Assembly: GCA_041690135.1 (NCBI GenBank) | Contig: JAWLHY010000004.1 | Span: forward strand, 256,001 to 320,000 | DNA: 64,000 nucleotides | Direction of reading: 5' to 3' | From: Armatimonadota bacterium | GTDB taxonomy: Bacteria; Armatimonadota; SYMT01 | The notes under the pieces: model-generated | Told to the model about the DNA's origin: nothing | The model's input: only the letters and a program-made list of their open reading frames with translations | Databases searched by the model: none | Shown here: positions 47,887 through 58,591 of the stretch, piece by piece | How positions within the stretch are numbered: the stretch's first letter is position 1 | Layout: every line of letters begins with the position of its first letter | Made by a program: the position numbers and the translations under genes

Positions 47887-48837
47887 TCACAACTCTGACA
47901 CTGGCGGTCCACCTTCCCAGAGTGGCCGTGCCAGGTAGCGACTGCACGCGTAGTTCCGCCGTTGCAAGCGGCGCAGGGTCACTCCGCCTACCAGCAGGTT
48001 GAAACAACCTTCCCGGCATTCGATGATCAGATGGCCGGCTTTTTCTCCAGGCCGCATCACGGTGCCGTCGCGATAGTCGATATCACCGGGACGGGGGCAT
48101 TCTCCCGGCTGCAGGCGATGCGGCCACCATTTGGGTGGGTACGTCGCCTTGACGAGGTGCAGAGGAACGATCTTTCGAATGGCTGCGTTCTCGCCCGTAT
48201 CCGCGACACGGAAGGTTGCCTGTTCCATGCGGATTGGAAGATCGAGGTACTCGGTTCCGTAGAACCGGAGTTCGACGGCGCCTCCCCCGCGAACTCCGGA
48301 CGCGAGGAGACGGAACTGGCCGTGGCTGGAATGCACGCCGCTCCACTCCAGTTCAGCAACGGACCCTCCCAGATAGTCCGCCAGAGAGCTTCCAGGTTCG
48401 TCGTGGTAGAAACCCATCACCGCGTCGCTGCGAAACACATAGTCCACGGCTGGATGCAAGGGACTGGGCAACTCCATTGGGTGCAGGTAGAGCGCGACGG
48501 ATTGACAGCTCACTTCGCACTTGCGTCCCTCGGAAGAAATGCGAACCTTCTGTGCGGACGGAACAGCACCAGAAGCAGGAAACCGGGAGCCGGCCAACTC
48601 CTCGACCGGTCCATCTAACGCGACCTGGAGCGGTACGGTATCCGGGAAGAACCGCGGCAACCGAACGTACCGGGGCTCCCTCAAGACGAGGTACGCAGGC
48701 ACCCACTCGGAAGCATCGTCCAAACGAACTTCCCCGCGGAGTAACAGTCGACTCCCTTTGGCCGTGTACAGCCAACAGTCCCATCCCCGCCACTCGCTGA
48801 CGTGCGTGAAAGGGACCGTAGATAGCATTTCATCCAT
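47887..48837 (-). CDS. Hypothetical protein
   Basis: 316-aa ORF overlapping the upstream gene end; lower-GC codon usage; possible internal duplication. Confidence 0.55.
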   Translation of the reverse strand: MDEMLSTVPFTHVSEWRGWDCWLYTAKGSRLLLRGEVRLDDASEWVPAYLVLREPRYVRLPRFFPDTVPLQVALDGPVEELAGSRFPASGAVPSAQKVRISSEGRKCEVSCQSVALYLHPMELPSPLHPAVDYVFRSDAVMGFYHDEPGSSLADYLGGSVAELEWSGVHSSHGQFRLLASGVRGGGAVELRFYGTEYLDLPIRMEQATFRVADTGENAAIRKIVPLHLVKATYPPKWWPHRLQPGECPRPGDIDYRDGTVMRPGEKAGHLIIECREGCFNLLVGGVTLRRLQRRNYACSRYLARPLWEGGPPVSEL

Positions 48838-49528
48838 ACTCCCAGAAACGCGTAATCGACACCTCGCGAAAATCCCATCGCACGGGAAAGACCCCGTCCC
48901 CGTCGATCATCTCGGGATCGATCAGCTTCGCGTCGCGGTTGCGTTTCCAGAAGGTGGTCCGAATCTCCGCACGAGCCTCGTCGGCGGAGTTCCCGCGGGT
49001 GAGCTCCTGGATCAGGTTGAGGTAAGGCAGCCAGTTCCGCTCGTAGCCCCGCACGCGCGGCGCCGCCTGCTCATACGGCCGGCGCACCACGAGCCATTGC
49101 AGCGCCCGCGCGTATTCCGCCCAGAACGGCGTCAGGGGCGAATACTTTTGCACGAGCGGATCGACCGCTGTGCCGACCATGCGCTCCGCCAGTTCCCACT
49201 CGGAGAGAAGCCACGCGATGTGGACGAGCGTGATCGGGTTTGCGACGGATCCTTCCGTGGGCCGTCCCTTCTCCCGCAGCGCCGCATACAGCGTATCGTT
49301 CAGTTCACCGGCACGGTGCAGCAGCGAGCCTACCGGCACTTCGATCAGGTAGGCCCTCCCCTCTTCGGTGCTGCGGAACCGGCCGACAGCGTAGCTGAGG
49401 TAGGCCGTAAGAGCGGTTCTCAGGCAGGCTAACTCGTGGGGCACGCTGCCTTCCCGCCGCCAGTTTTCCGCGGCCGCCACCGATGCCTGGGCCGCTTCTT
49501 CCCGCTGCTCAACGGTAACCTTCAACAT
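48830..49528 (-). CDS. Hypothetical helical protein, possibly immunity-protein-like
   Basis: 232 aa, PFWAEYARAL..DGDGVFPVRWDFR; starts 6 bp after the sulfatase stop. Confidence 0.65.
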   Translation of the reverse strand: MLKVTVEQREEAAQASVAAAENWRREGSVPHELACLRTALTAYLSYAVGRFRSTEEGRAYLIEVPVGSLLHRAGELNDTLYAALREKGRPTEGSVANPITLVHIAWLLSEWELAERMVGTAVDPLVQKYSPLTPFWAEYARALQWLVVRRPYEQAAPRVRGYERNWLPYLNLIQELTRGNSADEARAEIRTTFWKRNRDAKLIDPEMIDGDGVFPVRWDFREVSITRFWEYG

Positions 49529-49534
49529 GCGGCT

Positions 49535-51040
49535 TTACTGGTTCTTTAGCCACGTGTCGTAAGCGTGGGCCCGGGCGCCGGTGTACTGGTACGTATCGAA
49601 GATGGCGCCGTTGCCGAGGATGCGGGGGTCCCGGTCCTCACGGAGCGAAGCCTCCATCTCCTTGCGAAGCTGGGCTTTGGTGGCCGCGAGGGCGGGGTCG
49701 CTGACCAGGTTGTTCACACACGCGGGATCGGTGGTGATCCGATAAAGCTCCTCGGCGGGACGCTTGCCGAACGAGAGCTGGTAGAAACGGTCGAACTTGC
49801 GCAGCAGGAACTGCATGGTACGGCCGTCGTCGCAGTTGCGGTAGCCCGTTTCCGGGTTGCCGGAAGGCCACCGTTCCGGGTGGTAGTTGTGGACGTAGAG
49901 GTACTCCGGCGTGCGGATGGCCCGTGCGGGGTAGCCCCAGTCGTTCGGGCGGCCCAGGTCGTGCCGCTCCTTCCCGACCACGATCCGGTTGCGGGAGGAG
50001 TCGACCCAGCCGGACTTCTCCGACTTGAGGGCCGCGAGAAAGCTCTTGCCGGTCATCTCGGCGCCGGGCTTCAGGCCGGCCGCTTCCAGGAGGGTCGGTG
50101 CGAAGTCGCGGACGTTCACGAAGTCGTCCACCTTCCGGCCGCCGCGGACCTGTTTACCCCACCGGACCGCCAGGGGCAGGTGGAAGCCGTCCTCGTAGAT
50201 CTGACCCTTCACCCGCGGGAAGGGCGCGCCGTGGTCCGAGGTCACGACGACCAGCGTGTTGTCGAGCTCGCCGGCCTCTTCCAGCTTCTTCAGGATGCGG
50301 CCGAGGTGCTGGTCGAACCACTCCACTTCCAGGCCGTAATCCAGGTAATCGCTGCGGATCACGTCGGAGTTCGGGTAGTAGGCGGGGAGATCGACGGCCT
50401 TCACGTTCCGGCCGGCCCGCTCCGCCGCCCCTTCGTCGTAGGCGCGGTGCGGCTCGCTGGCGCCGTACCAGAAGTAGAACGGTTGCCCCGGCTTCCGCTG
50501 CGCGAGGAACGCCTCGAAGTTGCGGGCGTAGTCGATCGCGTTCATCGCGGCGTAGGGGGGCTTGCTGCGATGCTGGTTGTACGCCGGGCCGGCCGGGTTG
50601 CGCTTGAAGCCGCCCGCGGCGAAGTCTCCCGGCCCCCAGCCCTTCCCGGTGTAGCCGACGTGATACCCGGACTTCTCCAGCACGTCCGGGAACACCGGCC
50701 ACTTCGCCGGGAAGACGCCGAAGTGGTTGCAGGCCTCTTCCAGTTGCCAGGTGTTGCGGCCGGTGAGGATGCTGGCGCGGCAGGGGCTGCACTTGGGGTT
50801 GTTCGTGAAGCAGTTGTTGAACAGCACCCCCTCGCGGGCCACCCGATCGTAGGCGGGGGTGTTCACCCACTTGCAGCCGTACACGCTCGCGTGGCCGTAG
50901 CCCCAGTCGTCCGCGATGGCGAAGAGGATGTTCGGGGGCTTGCGGCCGTCTTCCTGGGCGGAAGCGGCGGTCAACAGCGGAGCGGCGAGCAAGACGCTGA
51001 CCAGGATGGTCAGGAATTTGAGAGGGTTGCGCTGGAGCAT
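49535..51040 (-). CDS. Secreted sulfatase (N-sulfoglucosamine sulfohydrolase-like)
   Basis: PNILFAIADDW, KCSPCR, GKGWGPG, EPHR, TSDHG. Confidence 0.92.
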   Translation of the reverse strand: MLQRNPLKFLTILVSVLLAAPLLTAASAQEDGRKPPNILFAIADDWGYGHASVYGCKWVNTPAYDRVAREGVLFNNCFTNNPKCSPCRASILTGRNTWQLEEACNHFGVFPAKWPVFPDVLEKSGYHVGYTGKGWGPGDFAAGGFKRNPAGPAYNQHRSKPPYAAMNAIDYARNFEAFLAQRKPGQPFYFWYGASEPHRAYDEGAAERAGRNVKAVDLPAYYPNSDVIRSDYLDYGLEVEWFDQHLGRILKKLEEAGELDNTLVVVTSDHGAPFPRVKGQIYEDGFHLPLAVRWGKQVRGGRKVDDFVNVRDFAPTLLEAAGLKPGAEMTGKSFLAALKSEKSGWVDSSRNRIVVGKERHDLGRPNDWGYPARAIRTPEYLYVHNYHPERWPSGNPETGYRNCDDGRTMQFLLRKFDRFYQLSFGKRPAEELYRITTDPACVNNLVSDPALAATKAQLRKEMEASLREDRDPRILGNGAIFDTYQYTGARAHAYDTWLKNQ

Positions 51041-51256
51041 GGGCGTTCAGGCTTTCAGGCGGTCAGGCATCCGGGCAGACGATCTGCGAATTGGGCGATT
51101 GTGGCGAATGGGAATGGGGACCAGGTGCTCGGGTGCTCGGGTGCTCGGGTGCTCGGGTGGTCAGGTGTACGGGTCTCGGGCAATCGAGAGACAGTTTGCT
51201 TGAGGCCAGCTGGCGTTTGGGCTCTTGAACAGAGCGGCGCCGTCACCCGGCCTCTC

Positions 51257-51499
51257 TGGCGGGCGGGACCCCCGCGCCACTCTCCGGGTCCACTTCGGCT
51301 TCTCTGGCGGGCGGGACGCCCGCGCCCCTTTTGACCGGCGTCTTGCTGAAGTTTGGTCTCTGGCGGGCGAGACGCCCGCCCCACCCTTTGCGGCTACCTG
51401 GATGCATTCCAGGTGCGGGTGCAGAGTCCTGGTCGGGGACAGCGCCCCGACCCTACCCCTCATTGGGTACCGTGGCGGGCGGGACGCCCGCGCTCCTAC
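51257..51499. repeat. REP cluster: four TGGCGGGCG(G/A)GAC(G/C)CCCGC palindromes plus one family-C REP
   Basis: Copies near 51257, 51305, 51361, 51473, the last ending in CTAC (GTAG on minus); family C at 51427-51456. Confidence 0.85.
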
Positions 51500-51502
51500 C
51501 AC

Positions 51503-52411
51503 TCACTTCTTCAAGAGGCCCCGGTGCTTGAGCCATTCGGCGCAGCGGTCGGGCCAGGTGGTGACGGGCTCGTCGGTCTTCCGGAGACCGTAGCCGTGGC
51601 CGCCCGTGGCGTAGACGTGCAGATCCGCGGGAACGTTCGCTTTCTTGAGGGCCAGGTACATCCGCACGCTGCTCTCCACCGTCACGGGGTCGTCGCCGGC
51701 GTGGGCGAAGAAGGTCGGCGGGGTCTCTTTCGTGACCCGGATTTCGGGGGTGAGGCCGTCGCCTTCCTTCGCGGCGAGGTAGGCCGGGTAGACCAGGATG
51801 GCGAAGTCGGGCCGGCAGCTCACTTTGTCCGTGTCGTCCACCGCTTCATAGGCGCGGCGGTCCCAGTTCGTGGCGGCGGAGGCGGCGAGGTGCCCCCCGG
51901 CTGAGAAGCCGAGCACCCCGATGCGGTTCGGGTCCAGGCCCCATTCCTTCGCCTTGCTGCGGGTGAGGCTCACCGCTCGCTGGATGTCCTGAAGCGGGCC
52001 GACGGGCGGCTTGTCTTTCGGCTGGTCCGGCCGGCGGGGCACCCGGTACTTGAGGACGATGCCGGTCACTCCGAGGGAGTTCAGCCACTCCGCGACCTCC
52101 GTCCCTTCCAGGTCGTAGGCGAGGATGTGATAGCCGCCGCCGGGCGCGATCACCACGGAGGCGCCGGTATCCTTCTCCTTCGGAGGCTTGTAGACGGCGA
52201 GGGTGGGCGTGGAAACATTGGCCAGCCGGATCAGGGGGCGGCCCGCCACCAGCCCTTTACCGGGCTGCGACGTATCCTTTTCCTCGCCGACCGAACCGGT
52301 CTCGCCGGGCGGCCGGCCGGGCCACACGTCCAGGGTCAGCGGTTTCTCCGCCGCGGAAGCGGCCACGCACGCCGCCAGGGTCAAGACCGTAAGGGCCGGT
52401 CGGATTTTCAT
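51503..52411 (-). CDS. Secreted alpha/beta hydrolase (acetyl esterase/lipase-like)
   Basis: APGGGY, GFSAGGH, DDPV, GGHGYG. Confidence 0.9.
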   Translation of the reverse strand: MKIRPALTVLTLAACVAASAAEKPLTLDVWPGRPPGETGSVGEEKDTSQPGKGLVAGRPLIRLANVSTPTLAVYKPPKEKDTGASVVIAPGGGYHILAYDLEGTEVAEWLNSLGVTGIVLKYRVPRRPDQPKDKPPVGPLQDIQRAVSLTRSKAKEWGLDPNRIGVLGFSAGGHLAASAATNWDRRAYEAVDDTDKVSCRPDFAILVYPAYLAAKEGDGLTPEIRVTKETPPTFFAHAGDDPVTVESSVRMYLALKKANVPADLHVYATGGHGYGLRKTDEPVTTWPDRCAEWLKHRGLLKK

Positions 52412-52558
52412 AGATAAGTGCTCCAGAATGCTTTGCCCGCCGGGGTAGGGAGGCGGGTGTGATATTTCTCATTTGCGTGCGGAGGGATTGGGCTCCTCCA
52501 GCTAGAGGGCTGCCAAATTCCCTACTCCGGCGTAGCCGGAACCCAAGAGGAAGACGGC

Positions 52559-52813
52559 GTCATTGCGAAGGAGCCTTAGCGACTGCGGCAATCCCCCTGC
52601 CCTCCGCGCCGCCGCCTTCGCCCCCGTTCGCCCTCTTTGCGAAAGTCGCTGCGGAACCCCGGAGCCGGAGGGCGACGTACCGAGATCAAGACCCACTGCG
52701 GTCACCAGGGGGATTGCCACGCCCCGCAGTGGACGGATCTCGCACCCGAATGCGATGTGAACCAAAACACGGCACGCGTACCTACCGGCGGACCGGTCGG
52801 GGCTCGCAATGAC
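52559..52813. repeat. MITE/RPE-like palindromic element (family D)
   Basis: GTCATTGCGA..GGCAATCCCC at the left end and GGGGATTGCC..TCGCAATGAC at the right end, i.e. nested inverted repeats. Confidence 0.75.
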
Positions 52814-52896
52814 GCGCGCTAGCTTGCGGAAGCTACACCATTTGCGCGCGTTTTGCGCTGAAGTCCACGGGCAAGTGACTCATCCAAATCCTGGTC

Positions 52897-55347
52897 CTAA
52901 TCCATCTTCAACCGAGTGCTCCCCGAGCTTACTGGATGGGTTTTGCCGTTCCAGATGAAATCTCCGGTAACGCCTTCGGGGAGATGGAGGTCGGCTTCGA
53001 GGCGGTCTCCCTGGCGGACGAGGCGAACGGAGATCTCGCCGCGGGGGTGAGGGATCGTTCCGCTCACGCGTTCCAGCTTGCCGGGATGGGGCCGGATGAC
53101 CACGCGGCTGAAGCCGGGCGCGGCGGAGTCGATGCCCAGCACGGTCCGGAAGAGCTCGAAGTTGGGGTGCGCGCTCCACGCGTGGCAGTCGGAGCGGGAG
53201 GCGTTGGTTGCTCCCTCGGGGCGCTCCGCCCAGGTGGTGAGGCCCCGGTCCAGCATGGACTGCCACTCGCCGAGCAGGTCGAGATACCGGTCGCCCAGAC
53301 CTACCCGGTTCACGGCCTCGTGGAAGTAGTACGAGCACTGGACGAGCTCCCTGTCCGCCAGCGTCTTCTCGACGATGCGGCGCGCCTCCCGTCCCTTCAC
53401 CACACCGGCCAGCACCGCGAGGACGTTGGTCTGCTGCGAGAACTCCTTATGCTCGGGGGTATCCGCGAAGAGGCCGCGCGACTGATCCCAGTAGAGGCGG
53501 CGGATCGTCTTGCGGAGGCGCGACGCCGCGGCACGGTCCTCGCCGGCGCGGGACCGGTTACCCAGGGCACTCTCCAGGTCGGCAGCCCAGTCGTAGGCCA
53601 GCAGGAGCTGGAGGTCGAACGGGGCCGAGGAGCCCTCCGGCGTGGCGGGTGGGACCCCCCGCCGCCACTCGTTGGCCCAGTCCACATAGTTCCACCAGGG
53701 GAGCAGGCCCAGCGAGCCGTCCGCCTTCTCGTAGCGCTGGAAGAAGGAGAGCACGGAACGGATGCCGGGGAGCATCTCGCGGGCAAAATCCGGATCGTCC
53801 ACGTAGCGCCAGTAGTCGTGCACCATCCCGATCCACCAGAGAGAGAAGGAGGGGATGTACTGCTGCTGGCGCGTGGGGAACCGGCTCATCGTGGCCCCCT
53901 CGGAGGTCCGCGAGTCGTTCATTTGCGCGATGGCGTTCTTCATCAGGCGCGCGTCGCCGGAGTTGTAGAGGGAGATGAGGCACTGGATGCGCGTGTCGCC
54001 GACGTACTGGAGCTGCTCGTAGTAGGGACAGTCCATGTAGGTCTCATGCGCGCAGAGCCGGGCGGTGCGCCAGCCGACTTCCAGGATTCGCTGGAGCCGC
54101 GCGTTCTCCGATCCGCCGGTCTCGAAGCGCGCCTGCATCCGGAACGGGTAGCCAGTGTAGACCCCGCGCAGGTCCTCCACCGTCAGGGGCTCGTCCTGCG
54201 TTTCGACCTGCACGTCGATGTACCGGTAGGTGCGCCACCAGAGCGGGCGGTAGAGCCGGTTCGCGCCCCCGTCCAGGGTGAAGACGTCCCGATACCCGAC
54301 GAACTCTTTCCCTTCCACCTCGTTCCGGTTGCCCTTGTCGCCGCGCCGCGCGCCCTTCTGGTAGAGCGACTCCGCATAGCCGAGGGAGACCACCGCACCT
54401 TTCCCACCGCTGACGACCAACTCCGGATAGCCGGTGGTGAGGTAGGACTGGTCGAGCAGTAACCGCGCCTTCGTGCGCGCGGGAACGCGGAACGGCGCCC
54501 GCTCCCGGGGGAACGCGGCCGGCGGCTGCACCCCGCTTGTCTCCCGGACGACGGCCAGGCGCTCCGGCTTCTCCTCCATCAGCGGGATGGAGCGCGGGAC
54601 CAGCATCCAGCGGTTGGGGCCGTCGCGCGTGTCCCGTGGAGCCCCGGCGGAGAGGACGGCCGGCTTCGCCCAGGCGGAGTCGTCGTACTCCGGCCGTTCC
54701 CAGCCCCAGGGGTACTTCGCGCCGTCGATCCGCTCCCCGGGACCGACCACGAAGTAGCCACGCATCTCGGCGTGGGTGTAATGGATTGGCTGGTAGGCGG
54801 GGCTGCGGTAGGTCCTCCACGCCGCCCCGGTATCGGCCGCGCGCTCGGCGGGACCGTCCCCCTGGAGCAGGAAGCCGGACTGGACCGTCTGCTGAGCTTC
54901 CGGGGCGTACTGGCCGTAGTTCCAGACCACGGCCGCCAGGACGTTCTTGCCGGAGCGGAGGTAGGGGGCGAGGTCCACCGTTTCATAGCGCCAGTGGAAG
55001 AGGTCGCCGCGTGCGGGCCCCCACACCACGCGCTCGCCGTTGACGAAGAGCTGGTACCGGTTATCGCCGGTGACGTGAACGACGAACCGGGACGGCTTCT
55101 CCTTCAGGTCGAGAGCCCGGCGGAAATGGTGGACGCCGAAATCGAGGGGGGATCCCTCGGAAGGGGCGATCCAGCGCGCGCTCCACTGCTGGGTCAACAG
55201 TTCGGGGTTGATCTTGATGGCCATCGTCCGCGAAGGGTCCGGTGCCTGGGCGGCGCCCACCATGGAGACCGCACAGAGCAGCAGGCCCAGGTATACGTGG
55301 CGGCTATATCGAGTACGGGTTGGCATTGGAGAGATCAAGGTTGGCAA
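52897..55347 (-). CDS. Alpha-L-rhamnosidase (GH78 family)
   Basis: [50 protein letters not shown]; start uncertain. Confidence 0.88.
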   Translation of the reverse strand: MPTLISPMPTRTRYSRHVYLGLLLCAVSMVGAAQAPDPSRTMAIKINPELLTQQWSARWIAPSEGSPLDFGVHHFRRALDLKEKPSRFVVHVTGDNRYQLFVNGERVVWGPARGDLFHWRYETVDLAPYLRSGKNVLAAVVWNYGQYAPEAQQTVQSGFLLQGDGPAERAADTGAAWRTYRSPAYQPIHYTHAEMRGYFVVGPGERIDGAKYPWGWERPEYDDSAWAKPAVLSAGAPRDTRDGPNRWMLVPRSIPLMEEKPERLAVVRETSGVQPPAAFPRERAPFRVPARTKARLLLDQSYLTTGYPELVVSGGKGAVVSLGYAESLYQKGARRGDKGNRNEVEGKEFVGYRDVFTLDGGANRLYRPLWWRTYRYIDVQVETQDEPLTVEDLRGVYTGYPFRMQARFETGGSENARLQRILEVGWRTARLCAHETYMDCPYYEQLQYVGDTRIQCLISLYNSGDARLMKNAIAQMNDSRTSEGATMSRFPTRQQQYIPSFSLWWIGMVHDYWRYVDDPDFAREMLPGIRSVLSFFQRYEKADGSLGLLPWWNYVDWANEWRRGVPPATPEGSSAPFDLQLLLAYDWAADLESALGNRSRAGEDRAAASRLRKTIRRLYWDQSRGLFADTPEHKEFSQQTNVLAVLAGVVKGREARRIVEKTLADRELVQCSYYFHEAVNRVGLGDRYLDLLGEWQSMLDRGLTTWAERPEGATNASRSDCHAWSAHPNFELFRTVLGIDSAAPGFSRVVIRPHPGKLERVSGTIPHPRGEISVRLVRQGDRLEADLHLPEGVTGDFIWNGKTHPVSSGSTRLKMD

Positions 55348-55419
55348 GTTGGCAAGTTGGAAGGTTGAAAGTTGAAGGTTGAAGGTTGGGGGGTGGTCGG
55401 AATTCGGGTCAAGCTCCGC

Positions 55420-56949
55420 TTATGAGTTGGGAGCGGCGACAAAGCCATAGAGATCGGCCCGCTGGAACTGGAATTCCAGGCGGAGGTACCGGCCTTTCAG
55501 GTCGTCCAGCTTCCGGCCGTGCCAGCTCATCCGGTGGCGCACCGCGTCGCCGGTGAACGGCGCACTCTCCTCATAGCCGTATCCGGGGAGCGGATTGCGC
55601 CGCAGATCGGTGACACGCACCCGCACGGAGCCGCCCTTCGTGGCGGTGGCGTTGATCTCGAGCTCTCCGCCGGGCCAGAGGAGCGGCCGGGTCACCACGT
55701 AGGAGGGCCGGTTGCGGGCCTGCAGGGAGACGGCGCCTTCCTTCCGGAGCTTCACCAGGCCGATGGCGCCCTGCCGGTCTTTCGCGTCGTGGTAGCCGTT
55801 GTGCCCGCTGTAGTACAGCCACCACTCGTCGCCGTGCTCGATCACCCGGTCCGCGCTGAAGACCATCCCGCCGTCCCAGGTTCCCGGCTCGTCCACGGAG
55901 AGGAACTTCCGGCGCTGCGGGGTGCGGGTCCAGTGGAACCCATCGCGGCTGAAGACCAACTCGACTTCGATCGACTGCGGGCGCTGGTTCAGGTGCTGGA
56001 GCAGGCCCCAGTAAACCCCGCCGTAGCGGAAGGTGGGCATCCCATAGAAGCGCCCGGCGTCGCCCTCGTCGGGAATGATCACCGAACTGGGCACGCTGTT
56101 CCACTCCGCCCAGAGCTCCGGGCTGGAGACGCGGGAGATCATGCGGATGTTGCCGTTCTTGGGGTGCTCCAGGTTCCCCGCGAAGATGTTCGTGGGGCGG
56201 CCAAAGATCACCCACTCCTTGCGGTCCGGATCGTGGACCACCGTCTGGAAGGTGTCCACCCGGTACGGCAGGATCCGCTGCTGGCGCAGTGTCCAGCGCA
56301 GCCCATCCTCGGAGGTGTGCAGGTAGTGGTTCTGGTCACATGAGTAGGCGACGAACCGGTGGCCGCGGAGTGCCTCGGCCGGCACGCTCCCCAGGTTTCG
56401 GATCGGCCCGGAATGCTCGGGCGTGAGCACGTGCAGCGCCTTGCCCTCGCGCTCCCCCTTCACGACAATATTCGTGCGGAGTGTCTCTCCCCAGGGGACG
56501 GCGTCCAGCAGCGGCTTGGTCCAGCGCAGCCCATCTTTAGACTCGGCCACGCAGGTGGAGTAATGGCCTTTCGGATAACCCGGCTTTCCGGCAACCTCGG
56601 GGTTCCAGACCTGGTAGTAGATGCGGTGGAGCTTCGCTTGCCGGTCGTAAACGACGCCGGTGTAGCCCATCCCGTGTTTTTCCCAGGGCTTGTCCGGGTC
56701 GAGCGTGATCAGCGGGGGACCGTGCTTCTTCGGCGAGTGCCAGACGTGAGGCACGTCCGCGGAGATCTGCGTCTCGGTGTAGCGGTTCTCCACCAGGTAG
56801 TCATCGACGAAGAGCTGGGGCTCACCGGGCTGGAGGGTCCGGTAGAGGGGTGGAACTTCTTCCTGCGTACCCGCCTCCAGCGCCACGCCCAGGCACAACG
56901 CCAGTGGCGCCAGAAGCAATCCCCACCGGATTCGGGTTCGCAGCCACAT
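55420..56949 (-). CDS. Secreted beta-propeller glycoside-hydrolase-like protein
   Basis: QLFVDDYLV, ESKDGLRWTKP, FSRDGFHW, WDGGM, WWLYYSG; signal peptide. Confidence 0.7.
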   Translation of the reverse strand: MWLRTRIRWGLLLAPLALCLGVALEAGTQEEVPPLYRTLQPGEPQLFVDDYLVENRYTETQISADVPHVWHSPKKHGPPLITLDPDKPWEKHGMGYTGVVYDRQAKLHRIYYQVWNPEVAGKPGYPKGHYSTCVAESKDGLRWTKPLLDAVPWGETLRTNIVVKGEREGKALHVLTPEHSGPIRNLGSVPAEALRGHRFVAYSCDQNHYLHTSEDGLRWTLRQQRILPYRVDTFQTVVHDPDRKEWVIFGRPTNIFAGNLEHPKNGNIRMISRVSSPELWAEWNSVPSSVIIPDEGDAGRFYGMPTFRYGGVYWGLLQHLNQRPQSIEVELVFSRDGFHWTRTPQRRKFLSVDEPGTWDGGMVFSADRVIEHGDEWWLYYSGHNGYHDAKDRQGAIGLVKLRKEGAVSLQARNRPSYVVTRPLLWPGGELEINATATKGGSVRVRVTDLRRNPLPGYGYEESAPFTGDAVRHRMSWHGRKLDDLKGRYLRLEFQFQRADLYGFVAAPNS

Positions 56950-57043
56950 ATCTTCTCCCGTCCGTTCCCCAATGAGCGGATCGACACTCTCACATTGGCT
57001 GCGAATCGCCGGCAATTCCTCCGGTTCAGCGCCTCCCGTTCGC

Positions 57044-58324
57044 TTACGTGTCTTGCAGCAGGCAGGCGCTGATCCGGCAGGCGTCGCACCAGTGGAAGTA
57101 AGCGATGCCGCCGCTTCCCCAGCTCAGTTCATCGCCGTTTTCCAGCGGAAGCCCCGAGTCGAGCTGCAGGAGGAAGCGCATCAAACCGCCGCAGCCGGGA
57201 CACTCGGGGTATTCCGCGGACTGGATCCAGCAGGGATAGCCGCCTACCCGGTGGAGGTTCTGGCGGGAGTTGGTCAGTCCCCAATCCTGCCACCGCCAGC
57301 GGGGTCCACCATCCGCCAGCCGGATCTCCGCGGGCTGCAGCACGGGATGCGCCTCCCGCGGCTCCTCTCCCCGCGACTCGCCCAGCGAGAACGGCTCGCC
57401 ATTCTCCCCGTGCCGGTAGTAGAGCACCGGCTCTTCCCATCCGAGGCACGGGAGACAGAAGGCGAGCGAGAGGCTCGGCAACCCCGATACGCCGAATTGC
57501 GACGTGTCGGGCTCCAGGGTCAGCAGATGGCAGAGACCACCCCCGCAGACGGCGCAGTTCCCGTCAGCGGCGCCCCCGAACCGAAGCGGCGGGGCGCCCC
57601 GGGGGTCGAGGTGCCAGGTAGGATGATGGCGCTGGAGCCATGCCGGACCCGGGTCCGGCAGGTAACCGTCCGGAAAGACGAGATGGCGGACGACAGCCGG
57701 ATAGAGCGGCTGTAAGTCACCGTCGGCGCCGGTGTACCCGACTTCCTGCAGATGGTCCTCCGGATCCCCCGCGCTGTCGCCGGGGAACCGGGGCCGCAGC
57801 ACCTGCGTGGACCGCGCCAGCGCCTCCGCCAGCGCTTCCGGGTCGCGGGTCTCCAGCAGGCACTGGAAGGCGCGCCGGTGGTCTCCCGGCCGCGGCGGGG
57901 AGTGGTCGAGGAGGTTGCGGAGGAACGGGAGGCTGGAGGCGCCGGACTCTCGCCACGGCCATTCCGCATAATAGGAGTCCCGGTTCGGCGCCAGGTGGAA
58001 AATCCGCTCCAGGTGCGGATGAAGGGACGGCAACGCCTGCAGCGACGCGGCGGCGATCGCGAAGGCGGCCGCCTCGTTCTCCGGATCGCTCTCCAGAACG
58101 GCCAACGCGTGCTCCACGAGCACCGGCCACTCTTCCTCCCGCAGCCAGCTCAGGGCGTCCTGATAGAAGGTGGGCCCCTGCGGCAGTTGCTCGATCACCC
58201 TGCGCCCCAGTTCCAGGGCCGCGCCGGGGTGCGTGGTGACCAACTCCAGGGTCCGCTCGTGCGGATCAAAATCCCAGCCTTTATCCTGAAACTCCCCGAT
58301 GATAGAAGTGATCGCGGCTTTCAT
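57044..58324 (-). CDS. Hypothetical protein with C-terminal DUF1963/YwqG-like domain
   Basis: HRVGGYPCWIQ..CPGC..MRFLLQLDS..WGSGG..C..C. Confidence 0.7.
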   Translation of the reverse strand: MKAAITSIIGEFQDKGWDFDPHERTLELVTTHPGAALELGRRVIEQLPQGPTFYQDALSWLREEEWPVLVEHALAVLESDPENEAAAFAIAAASLQALPSLHPHLERIFHLAPNRDSYYAEWPWRESGASSLPFLRNLLDHSPPRPGDHRRAFQCLLETRDPEALAEALARSTQVLRPRFPGDSAGDPEDHLQEVGYTGADGDLQPLYPAVVRHLVFPDGYLPDPGPAWLQRHHPTWHLDPRGAPPLRFGGAADGNCAVCGGGLCHLLTLEPDTSQFGVSGLPSLSLAFCLPCLGWEEPVLYYRHGENGEPFSLGESRGEEPREAHPVLQPAEIRLADGGPRWRWQDWGLTNSRQNLHRVGGYPCWIQSAEYPECPGCGGLMRFLLQLDSGLPLENGDELSWGSGGIAYFHWCDACRISACLLQDT

Positions 58325-58591
58325 ATGGCTTCCCCTTAAAGCGAAGCACACCTTGGCTGGTATAAGTCGATCTCAGGAGGCCCATTACCCCGCCAGGGTT
58401 ATGTGCTTACCCCAGTACTCGTTTGGGGTTCCGTCGCACTTTGAATGAGTGTGAAGCGACTCCTGTCCCGGTACTTCCCCCAGGATTGGGGGGCAGGGGG
58501 CCGAAGGCGCGGGGCCAAGACACTCGTCGCCGTTCAACAAACCCAGACAGTAATCGGACCTGCTCCCATACGGAGAGAAGGCTACAGCGGA

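Noticed and set aside
53300-53345. Possible short in-frame deletion in the GH78 gene (CSYYFHEAV looks shorter than recalled homologs)
   Set aside because: Cannot be verified without an alignment and the frame is intact
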